Source of the DNA: Macrostomum lignano
Taxonomy: Eukaryota
Assembly (NCBI GenBank): GCA_002269645.1
Contig: NIVC01001307.1
Span: 2,026-66,025 of the forward strand
Direction: 5' to 3'
Length of the DNA stretch: 64,000 nucleotides
Shown here: positions 13,906 through 28,092 of the stretch, in pieces
Layout of the letters: each line of letters opens with the position of its first letter
Position numbering within the stretch: position 1 is the stretch's first letter
Position numbers and translations under genes: made by a program
The notes under the pieces: generated by a model
The model's input: the letters and a program-made list of their open reading frames with translations, nothing else
Told to the model about the DNA's origin: nothing
Database searches by the model: none

Positions 13906-15034
13906 CTGGAACGATTTGTGTCCTTGAGCATCAAGCTTTTCCTCTATCTTTTCCTGCCTAATCTTCTTCCACCGCCTACAAGTTAAGCAAACAGTTACAG
14001 CAACCAGAATTGGTTCCGATCGCACGGATTGCTGAAGAACTTCTCTTATCACTAAGCACACACGGACCTGTATTTGCAGGCGTGACTCAAATGAGTTCAT
14101 CAACAACTGTTAACTTTAACAGATGCAGCGTCACCTCTGATTCATTCATTCATCATCAATCGGAAATCTGAAGGGCAGGATAGGAGGAAGGTGTCAGACC
14201 TGACTGATAAAAGCAGATATTGCGACTTTTGCTTTACGCCTAATTATCGTAGATTGCGAGGCAATCCGCCATATAAACACGGTCAAAGTTACTCCGGCCG
14301 TTCACCTCCCTACACCCAACCATAAAGAGTTCGATGAGGTTGTTAATGATGGAATTGCCCAACGAACTTTATCCTGTGCAGTTTCCATCATTCCAGCTTA
14401 GACGAAAACTATATGTAATAAAAGATTTCCCAAATTGCTTTCTGTTTACGCCAAGATCGCCATCTTCCAGCCTCCTCTTCATCTCCTCTTATCAGTTCTT
14501 AACTGACGCGGCACAACTGAAGTGGCGAATTCTGCCCCAGCAATAGTCATATAGAAGATGTAAAAACTCCAATTTATATTTCGCTTCCCATTACACCCGA
14601 ACCATTTGTACCTCTCCCAATACTCGCTAACCCCAAGCCATTAACTTTGCACACAGAATTCCAATATTCGAGTGGAAATCAGCTCGCACTTCATTCTCTC
14701 TCTCTTGGTTGTTGGTCGAAGTTCAAGGTGCTGTTAGATGTAAACTCGCAGTTAGAAAATAGCATTCCTTTTTTTCAGTTTTCATCATACCAATGCGAAA
14801 GCATATCTCCGATAAATATTTATAATTAGAGCCAGTTGTTTGTGCTACAGTGCTGATTGCTTCCTCACAGTGATAAAATCTCTGTCCGACAGGGAACCCG
14901 ATTGATTACAGAACTTCTGCTTGCTATTGCAATGCGTTATTTGTTATATGGCTTTGCTGGGTCATTCTGTTCGTTGTACTACTGTGTCTCTCTGCAGCCC
15001 TAGCTGTTCTATACTGATCAGCTTGTAGTCCACC

Positions 15035-15640
15035 CTCCCATCTTATCTCATCTCTAATCTCCTTATCTCATCTCTAATCTCCTTCTCTCATCTCTAATCT
15101 CCTTCCCTCATCTCTACTTTCCTTCTCTCCTCTCTCTCCTCTCCTTATCTCCTCTCTCCTCTCTTAATCTTCTCTCTCTACTCTCCTTATCTTCTCTCTC
15201 TACTCTCCTTCTTTCCTCTCCTTCTCTCCTCTCTCTTCTCTCCTTATCTTCTCTCTCTACTCTTCTTATCTCATCTCTACTCTCCTTCTCTCCTCTCTCT
15301 ACTCTCCTTCTCTCCTCTCTCTTCTCTCCTTATCTTCTCTCTCTACTCATCTTATCTCCTCTCTCTCTCCTCTCCTTATTTTCTCTCTCTACTCTTCTTA
15401 TCTCCTCTCTCTCTCCTCTCCTTATTTTCTCTCTCTACTCTTCTTATCTCCTCTCTCTCTCCTCTCCTTATCTTCTCTCTCTACTCTTCTTATCTCCTCT
15501 CTCTCTCCTCTCCTTATTCTCTCTCTACTCTTCTTACCTTCTCTCTCTCTACTCTTCTTATCTCATCTCTACTCTCCTTCTCTCCTCTCTCTCCTCTTCT
15601 TATCTTCTCTCTCTACTCTCCCTTTCTTCCACTCTGCTCT
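15035..15640. repeat. CT-rich low-complexity repeat
   Basis: Degenerate CTCT/CTTATCT units. Confidence 0.9.
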
Positions 15641-17264
15641 CCCACTGCTACAGTTATACGAGTGAAAGAGTGCTTTGTTGCTAGTAATTAGGTTGTATTA
15701 TGCACTCGTAGTTATATAGTAATAGTTTTATAAAAATAAGTCAAATGAGAAAATTTACCTGACAAAGTTACGCCTAAGCAATCCTTATATCCAGCCAATT
15801 GAATAGCAGTTACAAAATATACATTTGTGGCAAGTTAATTCAATAAAGAGTTGCCCAACAATATGCTTCATATAATCTATTCGACAATATGACAGATTTA
15901 AAATGAGGTGCTAATTATCGAAAAATGTTATACTGCAATGGCATCATACGAGTATCTTCTTTACTGTACACGCAACAACAACAATACCTAAGGCCTTTTT
16001 TATAATTGAAAAGAAGTCGATCTATTTAACACCTTTGGTTTATTTTAAGCATCAGTCTCGGTCAATCCCATTTTTACGCCAGTCTGGCTATGGATGTTGA
16101 CATTTTCCATTACACTATTATATAACAGAACGGTTTTTCAATCAAAAATAATTATGGATGGAAACTCGATGCCTTCATCATTATTATAGCTCGCCTGTTC
16201 CGCCAGTGCCTAATGTTGTTTGTTCTAGGCAAATTTATTTGGAAATAAACAGAGAAACCAAACCATTGCGCTTCCTATATATTGTGTGTACTATTTCTAA
16301 GAAAGTAAGAAGAATGAGGTCAGATAATTTAAATATGTATATACTGTGGCGTTCCCCGGATTTTTTTCCGGGGATTTTTCTCAGTGGGTCAAGCGACCTT
16401 CTCTTGGATCCAAGACCTTTCCCGGGGGGTCATGACTCCCCTAATTTTCTCTAGGGGGAGGTTCAATCGACCCCTTGACCCCCGTGGATTCGGGTTTATT
16501 CCCGAGGGAACCAAGGGCAGCTTAGGGGAAGGCCAAGGGAAGGGGGAATTTTTTGAGAGGAGGGGAGAGGGGCACTGGTACCTATCATGGTGTCCTCGGA
16601 ACCGGGGTCATGAATAGCTGAGTTTTCTCGGAGGAGGGTCAGCCAACCCCTTAACCCCTCTCCCCCTGGATCCGTCAGTGTAATATATAAATTGTTCAAG
16701 TCGGTCAAATTTTTAAATTAGTTATTTTGTGGCAGTTTAATTTACCCCATGCAAGGAAGGGGCGAATTTCGTATTAATATGGTTTCTCGGCTCGGTAAGA
16801 ATTACACAGGTTTTAGTTTTAGGTAACGCGAACGAAGAGCTGAGTATTCGTCACTTCAAGTTGGTTCCGGGCCACGCTCATTGGTCCGCCCACTTTTACC
16901 CCCCACCCGTCCACCCCTGGTTCCTTCCCTTTCTCGATGGACGGGATGGGGAGGTGGGTCACTCCAGAGAGGGGACGGACGGGGTGGGTGGCGAGAGCAA
17001 CCCCCATTCCCTTATTCCAGCTTTATAACGTAGGCCCCCAGTCCGACTAACACAGAGGAGAGGCCCTCACCTTCTTCAGCCAGCCAGAGAGATATAATAG
17101 AAAGCAGCGAAACTGAGATCCAGTCCGTACAAGTCAGTTAGTCATTTATGGCCCGTACTTAAACGTCGTAATTATTATTTACCTACAATAACGCGACTGA
17201 CTCCCTTTGATCCAGTAGACTCTGAAAAACTTAAACATCAACTTCCAACACAGCTAACACAACT

Positions 17265-19685
17265 ATGAGCAGCAGCAATAGCCAGGTGTCCGGCCATCAG
17301 CACCAGCAGAAGCGCAACAACAGCGGAGGCGCCAACAACAACAACACGAATAAGCCTACCAACGATCTGGCCCAGATAGAGAAGATCAAGCGCATTGTTC
17401 AACGCGAGATTCTCGACAATCGTCGGCACCTGTTCCCCGAAGGCCGATGGCCATCTGACGGCGTCGCCGAGCCGCTGAAGCACCCGGAGCCGTACACGGC
17501 CGCTATGAAGTTCGGCGGCCGAGACCCGAATAGTAAGAAAAGGCCTGGCCTCACTAAACGGCCGCCAAATATGTGGATGGTAAGTCTTTAGAACTTTTAC
17601 TTACAATTAGATTAGTTCACGCATAAAATTTTTAAATTTGCGCCAGTATTTTTGTTAAAAATGAAACCATTCGTTTTTACCCACTGGCAATGCCGCAATG
17701 GTAGATAATTTCTGAAAAAATTAGCTTATGCTCACGAAACAGTTTAGCTATCATAGTCCTGATGCTCGTGTTTCATTTCCAAGAAATAATGTAAAAGTAT
17801 AACAAAAAGACATTTCTTGTTTACGAAAACTAAAGTCTACACAATGTTGGTGGCTACTGATTATTTGTGGCGATTTGTGGCAGTATCACCTTTTGCAGTT
17901 TTATAATGCTCAACATTAATAGGATTGAATAAATAAATCTTATAGTCAACATAAAGTAATTAAAATGCCTTCAAATTTGTTTAAACAAATCAAAGAACGA
18001 AGCTTACGATTACATTTAAGTAATAACAGTCGATAATCAATTAGGTCCATGAGAATCGTTATTATCTAGAATTATACGCTCGTAATTTTCTTTTCTTTCT
18101 TGTTTTTTTAATGAAACATATTTTATCGATCTAGTATCATTTAAACAATGTTAACTGTGACCAGTGGAAACAAGTTAAAGTAAAAGTGCAAATGAAAAAG
18201 GTTCGAGACTTGCCCAGGCAGGCTATCTAAAATTCTTTCTATTTAACCATTTCAATGAGAGTCTCGGCGCCAGCACAGCGGTCTGCAAAAGACTCCATAC
18301 ACATATTTTATGTTCATATTGCTATACTGCGCATCCATCGTGCAATCAGTGAATCACTCTGCTAACAAACTAAGTCATATATATAAATCTTATACTTATA
18401 TTATTATTACTCGCTATATGGGCCCTATTTTAAAATCTAGAGCCACTCAACGCTACTTGAAATTCCTCCATACCAGAGCGAGGAGGGAGACACAATACCC
18501 CCCCCCCCTTATCACATTCCCTGTCTGTTCGGTACTTACACAGCCTCCCAGCGTGCCATACAGAGGCTGAATTATTGATGAAGAATCTGGGAGACCAGAC
18601 ACAGCTGACAGAATTTCTAATAAAATTATTTATTTATTTCTTGATTTCTAAGATCGACTAATTCAAAATTGAATAGTTTATTTTAAAGCGGAGTTTTAAA
18701 ATGTCCATATTTCTACTTTGAGTAGACTACGCGCATAGTATAAACTTAATTAACAATTCATTAAAAAATCCGCTTTACTCCGGCAGATATTCCGCATGCA
18801 CGCGGCCTCAGTTGTTATGGAGGACTTCCCGGAGGTGAACCAGGCGGCCCTGACCTCAGTGCTGGCGCCGATCTGGCAGAGCGTCATCACCCCGGAGGAG
18901 AAGGATCTGGTGCGCGAGGAAAGCGAACGATTAAAAGAGTTCCACAAGCTGCAGTTTCCCGAGTGGAAGTACAAGCCGCGACAGAAGAAGCGAGCCAGTC
19001 AACAGCAGCAGCAACGCCAGGAAGAGGATCTGGAAGTCGAGGAACCCGACGAGGCGCCAGTGGCTAAGGTTAGTTGCTAAGGCTTCGACCCTCGCACCAA
19101 AGTTCTCCTTGTCCCGTATTAATCAACTACCTAAGAAGAATACTTGAGAGATAATTTGAGTAAAGATGTACTGTACACCCAAAACTTTGAGTCTGGTTCC
19201 GGCTTACTCATTCTGCATGCATGCTCAGGGGTTTCAGCGCTCAACAGGGCCTTAGCCTAATAGTTACTTTCTTGCAACCCCCTTCACTTTAGCGTGAATG
19301 TCACCATGACAACAGCAGCAACAACAATAACAACCGGTATGCAGCCCGTCAGCGGCAGTTTAATCATCATCAGCAGCAGCAGCTTCAGCCATATCAGCAG
19401 CTTCATCACCCGATGCCACAGTCGGTGTCGCCGTATCTCAGCGCCGAGTCACCCGACGTTGACAACATTGATGGCCTGCAGCTGCCGCTTAGCGTAGAGA
19501 CTTCGCCGCAGGCTGCGGCAGCGGCAGCGGCAGTCTCCATGAGCGCCAATTGCTTGCCGTTTGGCTCGGTGTGGACCACCCCGCAGCAGCAGCAGCGGCA
19601 GCAGATTCCAGTGTCACTATCGGAAGCTGCTTCGTATTCTGCAGCTCCGTCTTCGACTGGTCTGCCAGCTCTGTCTCCGCCGCTA

Positions 19686-19723
<38 letters not shown>

Positions 19724-20051
19724 ACTGCAACAGCAGCAACAGCAGCAGCATCAACTAGCTATAAAAGACCCGGCATTGCGCAGCATCCTGGCTTCATCAT
19801 CGGCGCCTTCCACTGCGCTGTCAACTGCGGCCGGCGAGCTGCCCTGCCTGCCGGACCTGCTGCCATGCGATTACTTCACCGACTTTGGCACCCTGCCAGA
19901 TCTGGAGGCCTACCTGTCGCCGGAGGGCTGCTCGGGCGGCCTGGTGACAGAGCCGGCTCCGCTGTCAAGTCAGCAGCAGGCCTTCGACTTCCCGGATCTC
20001 ACGGATATTCGGCGATCTGTGAAGCAAGAATTTCGCTACGCCGTGATCTAA
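17265..20051 (+). CDS. Divergent HMG-box transcription factor, 3 exons, ~451 aa
   Basis: Exons 17265-17579, 18787-19068 and 19293-20051, with GT..AG introns, all phase 0. The spliced HMG box reads KRPPNMWM|IFRMHAASVVMEDFPEVNQAALTSVLAPIWQSVITPEEKDLVREESERLKEFHKLQFPEWKYKPRQKK. The C-terminus is Q/A/S-rich. Confidence 0.85.
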
Positions 20052-21043
20052 GAGTGCACACTTCTTGACAGAGACGCAGAGACTCCACAGATCCTGCAGC
20101 TAGTCCTAGCAAATTAACAAAACAAAAAGCCCGTCTCGTTAAACACAAAATCAACGCTTTGGATTTGATGAATGGAATAGTCATAGCAGTCTCTATTTTT
20201 CTCCATCTCCCACGATCCCGCTGGCCTGCACAGCATGTACACTTTTCCGGTTTTGCTGTCAGGCGCGGTTTGTTTGTAGCAACGATACTCCCATATAAGC
20301 ATATTTACGATATATATGTGTAGCAATGCTTTGTTATTAGTAATTAATCATCATTGATTCATTAGTTGCATCTGAATGCGTGTCTAATCCTGTTCATAAT
20401 GCTACGCATTAAATCAACGATTTGCCAGTCTGTCTGTGTACATTCTCCTAACTTTAACTATCAATAGCTGTATGCCATCTCTTTCAGTTGGTGCTGAGGT
20501 TGGCAATGAAACCAAATAACTGTCCACTGTCATGCCAGTTTTTATTTTCTAAGTTTTTTATTTTCTAAGCCAATTTTTTTTGAAATTTTATTGGGCATTT
20601 ATTGAATCTGCATCTTAAGCTCTCCCAAACATTTCTGCCGTCATTAATTATTAAAAGGTAAATTTGTTTCTTAAATCAAGCTGCTCAATTTACTAAGTAT
20701 GTCTCAAATATTGCCAGTCCCAACCATTTTTTCGAACTTCCGATGGTTCCACGTGTTTGCTGCGATTTTAATCAACTTTTAACTTTTTATATTACTCTTG
20801 GTGCCCCGAATTTCACTGCCAAACAGCCATTGTTTTATATGTGCTGGCGTGTCTTAAGGTTTCCATAGCAATCTGTAGCTTGTCAATATGTGAAATTTGC
20901 CTTCAGCCTGCTTATGTACATATTTAATATACTGTATGAGGATTTCAATTGAAATTATTGCCTGTCTGTGCAAAATTCAATCAATTAGCCTGGTTTTCCA
21001 CTTTAATTAATCTTTTAACGAATTACGACTTCGATCCTACAGT

Positions 21044-21690
<647 letters not shown>

Positions 21691-21952
21691 AATCTATCGG
21701 CCCTCGAGATAAAGAATCTTGCCGACCCTAGGCATACCTGATTTGGTAAGATTAGTTAGCAAGCACTAACTTGCCCAGAGATTGCGCCTGTCTATGGTCC
21801 GAACTGCCACACACAGCATTTTAGCGAATTAATTATAATACATGTAGTGCAAATTAACAGACGTCAAATATCCAGCAAGCACAACAGAAGGATAAAAAAG
21901 CCAGGGCAGACTGACACGCTCAACAATAGGTAACCGGGCTGTTAAACAGGAC

Positions 21953-24900
21953 ATGACCGAGCCGGGCACAGCTGGCGAGCCCAGCATCACATCGGCGAAG
22001 TCATCAGTAGCGGATGCTGATGAGGCATCGCGGCTATCCGCGTCATCTTCGCCGCCTCCACAGTCGGCGATATCGTCCACGACAGCGGCGACAGACCGTG
22101 AGGAGAGCCTCGGTCAGGCTGCAAATCAGTGTCTGCCCCGGCACATTGCGAACCACGGATTCGATCTGCTGTACATCGGCAAGCTGGACCTGCCGTACCA
22201 TCCGGTGAGGATGCGGCACCTGCCCTATTCGGGGCTGCGGTATCTGCTGTACGGCAAGAACGGCTTCCAGGAGATGACAGTCTGCCAGGATTCTGAGCTG
22301 TACAGTCTGCAGGTGGGGATATGCTGACTGTTTTGCGCTTTACATGTAGATTCTAATGTCAACGTTTGACCTATGACCTATGCAGACTACTTACCGTACT
22401 GTGATGTAGTCAGCTAGTGGGTCAGCATCCCCATCTACTCAATAAGCAGTGGGTCATTCAGCAGTGGGTCATTCAGCAGTGGGCCATTCAGCAGTGAGTC
22501 ATTCAGCAGTGGGTCATTCAGCAGTGAGTCATTCAGCAGTGGGTCATTCAGCAGTGGGTCATTCAGCAGTGGGTCATTCAGCAGTGGGTCATTCAGCAGT
22601 GGGTCATTCAGCAGTGGGTCATTCAGCAGTGGGTCATTCAGCAGTGGGTCATTCAGCAGTGGGTCATTCAGCAGTGAGTCATTCAGCAGTGGGTCATTCA
22701 GCTGTGGGTCACTTAGCAGTGAGTCATTCATCAGTGGGTCACTCAGCAGTGGGTCATTCAGCAGTGGGTCATTCAGCAGTGGGTCATTCAGCAGTGGGTC
22801 ATTCAGCAGTGAGTCATGCAGCAGTGGGTCACTTAGCAGTGAGTCATTCAGCAGTGGGTCATTCAGCAGTGGGTCATTCAGCAGTGGGTCATTCAGCAGT
22901 GGGTCATTCAGCAGTGGGTCACTCAGCAGTGAGTCATTCAGCAGTGGGTCACTTAGCAGTGAGTCATTCAGCAGTGGGTCACTCAGCAGTGAGTCATTCA
23001 GCAGTGGGTCACTTAGCAGTGAGTCATTCAGCAGTGGGTCATTCAGCAGTGGGTCATTCAGCAGTGAGTCATTCAGCAGTGGGTCATTCAGCAGTGGGTC
23101 ATTCAGGAGTGGGTCATTCAGCAGTGAGTCATTCAGCAGTGGGTCATTCAGCAGTCTAATCCCACACACCAGGAGATCTCCTGGGAGACCCTGGGCTGCG
23201 ACTGTGTCCAGACCAAGGATTTAAATTTCTACGTGATCGCCCGCTGTCACACGTCGTCTGTCCTGGCCGTCTACGACGAGTTCATGTTCGTCCGCGAGAT
23301 GGCCGAAGTCTCCTACCCGCAGGGCTGTCTGTCGTCTGTGACAGCCGACAGAGCCTGCCAGTACCTGTACGGCACCAACCAGGAGATGAACTGCGTACTC
23401 AGGTTTTCGGTGAGACGCTTTGACCTTTCGAGCTGATTCTGATTCACAGGCGACAGCTTAGCGTGCTTGGCTTGTATTTGAACGAAAAAACCATGCAAGT
23501 AAAAGAATGGAAGGATTAAAAGCATGTACACGAATATGCTCCATCTGATAGCATGTAAAATCTATCTAAATAATGTAAGATCCACCTTAAAGCATTCAGT
23601 TTCATCTTAGAGCATATAAACTCCATCGTAGCAGGTAAGCTCCCACTAAATCATGCAAGATCCGTCTTAGAGCATGTAAGCGCCATCTTACGGCATTTAA
23701 GCTCCATCTTACAGCATGTAAGCTCCATCTTACAGCATGTAAGGTCCATCTTACAGCATGTAAGCTCCATCTTACAGCATGTAGGCTCCATCTTACAACA
23801 TGTAGGCTCCATCTTACAGCATGTAAGGTCCATCTTACAGCATGTAAGCTCCATCTTACAGCATGTAAGCTCCATCTTACAGCATGTAAGGTCCATCTTA
23901 CAGCATGTAAGCTCCATCTTACAGCATGTAAGCTCCATCTTACAGCATGTAAGGTCCATCTTACAGCATGTAAGCTCCATCTTACAGCATGTAAGGTCCA
24001 TCTTACAGCATGTAGGCTCCATCTTACAGCATGTAAGCTCCATCTTACAGCATGTAAGCTCCATCTTACAGCATGTAGGCTCCATCTTACAGCATGTAGG
24101 CTCCATCTTACAGCATGTAAGCTCCATCTTAGAGCATCCATCAAATTATAGCATGTAAGCTCAAATTATAGCATGTAAGCTCAAATTATAGCATGTACGC
24201 TCAAATTATAGCATGTAAGCTCAAATTATAGCATGTAAGCTCAAATTATAGCATGTACGCTCAAATTATAGCATGTAAGCTCAAATTATAGCATGTAAGC
24301 TCCATCTTACAGCATGTAAGCTCCATCTTACAGCATGTAAGCTCCATCTTACAGCATGTAAGCTCCATCTTAGAGCATCCATCAAATTATAGCATGTAAG
24401 CTCAAATTATAGCATGTAAGCTCAAATTATAGCATGTAAGCTCAAATTATAGCATGTACGCTCAAATTATAGCGTGTAAGCTCAAATTATAGCATGTAAG
24501 CTCCATCTTACAGCATGTAAGCTCCATCTTACAGCATGTAAGCTCCATCTTACAGCATGTAGGCTCCATCTTACAGCATGTAGGCTCCATCTTACAGCAT
24601 GTAAGCTCCATCTTACAGCATGTAAGCTCAAATTATAGCATGTAAGCTCAAATTATAGCATGTAAGCTCCATCTTACAGCATGTAAGCTCCATATAAATC
24701 ATAAAAGTTCCATCTCAAAAGCATGTAAAGCAAGTAACTCTACAGCTGCACTCTGATACTCCCGACCCGCTCACCCGACTCCACGCCCGCCGCTCAGACT
24801 CGCGATCCCTTCCTGGACAATCCTCAACGCTTCGGCGCACTGTGGCGGCCGTTCGACTGCTGTACCAGCCAGGCCTTCAATGACGGCGCGGTGCAGTACC

Positions 24901-25896
24901 TGTTCGTGTCCAACCTCGACGCCGGCATCTGCGTGTTCGAATTGTCCACAATGAAAATCATGGCCGAATGCGGTCGGTTACCAATTTATAACTGAAAAAA
25001 TGGTTGCTATGGGAACCTGTCTTAAAAAAAAACAGAAAAACCGGCTTACTTACTAGATTAGCTTCACTGGCGACAGTAGTTTTAGCAAGATGTTTTAGTT
25101 GCTATGGCGACAGTAGCCTCGGTGAAATTTTTAGTTGCCGTGGTGGCCAGTAGCTCCTGTGTGATTTTTAGTTGCTATGGCGACAGTAGCTTTGGCTTGG
25201 TCTGTTCCTATGGCGACAGTAGCTTTGGCTTGGTCTGTTCCTATGGCGACAGTAGCTTTGGCTTGGTCTGTTCCTATGGCGACAGTAGCTTTGGCTTGGT
25301 CTGTTCCTATGGCGACAGTAGCTTTGGCTGGGTCGATTGCTATGGCGACAGTAGCTTTGGCTTGGTCAGTTGCTATGGTGACAGTAGCCTCGGTGTGTTT
25401 TTCAGCTGCTATGTTATCAACAGCTTAGGGTTGGTTGGTTGCTATGGCGAAACCAGTTTCTGGGTGATCTTTTAGTTGCCATGGTGACCAGCTTTATCGT
25501 TTAGTTTCAATGGAGACAAGTAGCTATAGCGATAGCGTTTTTTTGCATCATCGGTTTCTATAGCAACGCCTTTATTTTCCCCCATTCCCCGCAGGTGACG
25601 ACCTGTCGCCCGGCGCCAAGTACCTCGCCTACGATCCAACCCGCTGCCTCCTATTCGTCTCGAGCTCCTGCGACCGGCTGCTCCGCTGCTACCGATTCGA
25701 ATTCGTCGACTCGTCGACGGCGCCGATTTTGCATCGACTTGGCGACTACATGGCGGCCAGCCGCATGCCCGCAGACTCGCTCTGTTGCGGGCCGCAGTGC
25801 GTCATGTGGGACCCGGAGCTGGACCGCCTGGCTGTGGTCGGTTGGTCCGAGACTCGATCCCGGTTCTGCGTCCGACTGTTTCGCGTGAACGTTTAA
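21953..25896 (+). CDS. Uncharacterised protein, probable beta-propeller (NHL/YVTN-like), 4 exons, ~372 aa
   Basis: Exons 21953-22312, 23173-23402, 24746-24972 and 25595-25896 join in frame (phases 0, 2, 1) via GT..AG to a TAA stop. Blade-like motifs include YLFVSNLDAGICVF, AKYLAYDPTRCLLFVSSS and CVMWDPELDRLAVVGW. The fold is inferred. Confidence 0.75.
22444..23155. repeat. 15-bp intronic minisatellite (CAGCAGTGGGTCATT)
   Basis: Fills intron 1 of the 21953 gene. Confidence 0.95.
23600..24690. repeat. 21-bp intronic minisatellite (CATGTAAGCTCCATCTTACAG) with a second variant unit
   Basis: Fills intron 2; alternating blocks of two unit types. Confidence 0.95.
25070..25510. repeat. 33-bp intronic minisatellite containing GTTNCTATGGCGAC
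   Basis: Fills intron 3. Confidence 0.85.
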
Positions 25897-26029
25897 TCAG
25901 GCAATTATTGCTGGATGTTGAGTCGAATTCCAATTGCTGGTGCCTAATCACTGAACCCGAATAGCGACTAGATTGACGATTCGTTAATTAGTTCCCATAG
26001 CAACCGGGATTGAATTAGATTCGAGGTAC

Positions 26030-26665
26030 CTATTGCCATAGCAACTAAGATACCTCTTGGATCAGAGATCCCATTGGCATAGTAACTAAGATACCTCTTG
26101 GATTAGAGATCCCATTGCCATAGCAACTAAGATACCTCTTGGATTAGAGATCCCCATTGCCATAGTAACTAAGATACCTCTTGGATTAGAGATCCCCATT
26201 GCCATAGCAACTAAGATACCTATTGGATTAGAGATCCCCATTGCCATATCAACTAAGATACCTCTTGGATTAGAGATCCCCATTGCCATAGCAACTAAGA
26301 TACCTATTGGATTAGAGATCCCCATTGCCATAGCAACTAAGATACCTATTGGATTAGAGATCCCCATTGCCATAGCAACTAAGATACCTCTTGGATTAGA
26401 GATCCCCATTGCCATAGTAACTAAGATACCTCTTGGATTAGAGATCCCATTGCCATAGTAACTAAGATACCTCTTGGATTAGAGATCCCATTTCCATAGC
26501 AACTAAGATACCTATTGGATTAGAGATCCCCATTGCCATAGCAACTAAGATACCTCTTGGATTAGAGATCCCATTGCCATAGCAACTAAGATACCTCTAG
26601 GATTAGAGATCCCATTGCCATAGTAACTAAGATACCTATTGGATTAGAGGTCCCTATTGCCATAG
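26030..26665. repeat. 41-42-bp minisatellite containing ATTGCCATAGCAAC
   Basis: Direct tandem units downstream of the last exon. Confidence 0.95.
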
Positions 26666-28092
26666 TTTCTATACCCATAGAAAAAAGTTGAAAAAATCAA
26701 TCTAATCGAAGAGACTCTGCCACCTGGAGATAACTATCAGGCCTTAACTATCTATTGCACTAGCTGACTAAGGCATAGTATTATAAGTGTCCTTGTCATT
26801 CATTGAATTGCTCAAATTATTCGTGTAAACAAAGTAAAATATGTGACATGTATGTTTTCAATGCATCTCTAATATGTTCGTCTACAAAACACTATTTTTT
26901 CGAACAGAGTTATTACTGTACAAGAGTGAGTTTACTCATTGTCCTGCAAATTGTTGTCAAATTTTATAACTCCAAAACTTTGAGATTTGAGAACAAAACA
27001 AGGTTTATTATTTTTATTATTATTCTGCGCTCACAACTACTTATGCAGTAGCGTATTTGGATGCGAAAAGAAGCGAACAAAACAACCGGTGTAGGCTTCA
27101 GGATTACACAACCTCACCCCAAATGCACAGATCCTGATTCTTCCGGCATTACACAGCTTCAGATTCCAGCATTACACAGCTTCAGATTCCAGCATTACAG
27201 CCTTAGATCGAAGCATTACACAGCTTCAGATTCCAGCATTACACAGCCTTAGATTGAAGCATTACACAGCTTCAGATTCCAGCATTACACAGCCTTAGAT
27301 TGAAGCATTACACAGCTTCAGATTCCAGCATTACACAGCTTCAGATTCCATCATTACACAGCTTCAGATTCCAGCATTACACAGCTTCAGATTCCAGCAT
27401 TACACAGCTTCAGATTCCATCATTACACAGCTTCAGATTCCATCATTACACAGCTTCAGATTCCAGCATTACACAGCTTCAGATTCCAGCATTACACAGC
27501 TTCAGATTCCATCATTACACAGCTTCAGATTCCAGCATTACACAGCTTCAGATTCCATCATTACACAGCTTCAGATTCCAGCATTACACAGCTTTAAATT
27601 CCAGCATTACACAGCTTCAGATTCCATCATTACACAGCTTCAGATTCCAGCATTACACAGCTTCAGATTCCATCATTACACAGCTTCAGATTCCAGCGTT
27701 ACACAGCTTCAGATTCTATAATTACACAGCTTCAGATTCCATCATTACACAGCTTCAGATTCCAGCATTACACAGCTTCAGATTCCATCATTACACAGCT
27801 TCAGATTCCAGCATTACACAGCTTCAGGTTCCAGCGTTACACAGCTTCAGATTCTATAATTACACAGCTTCAGATTCCATAATTACACAGCTTCAGATTC
27901 TATAATTACACAGCTTCAGATTCTATAATTACACAGCTTCAGATTCCATAATTACACAGCTTCAGATTCCATAATTACACAGCTTCAGATTCCAGCATTA
28001 CACAGCTTCAGATTCCAGCATTACACAGCTTCAGATTCCATCATTACACAGCTTCAGATTCTATAATTACACAGCTTCAGATTCTATAATTA

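Noticed and set aside
17540-19000. Assignment to a named Sox gene
   Set aside because: The RPMNAFM signature is absent, so no gene symbol is justified.
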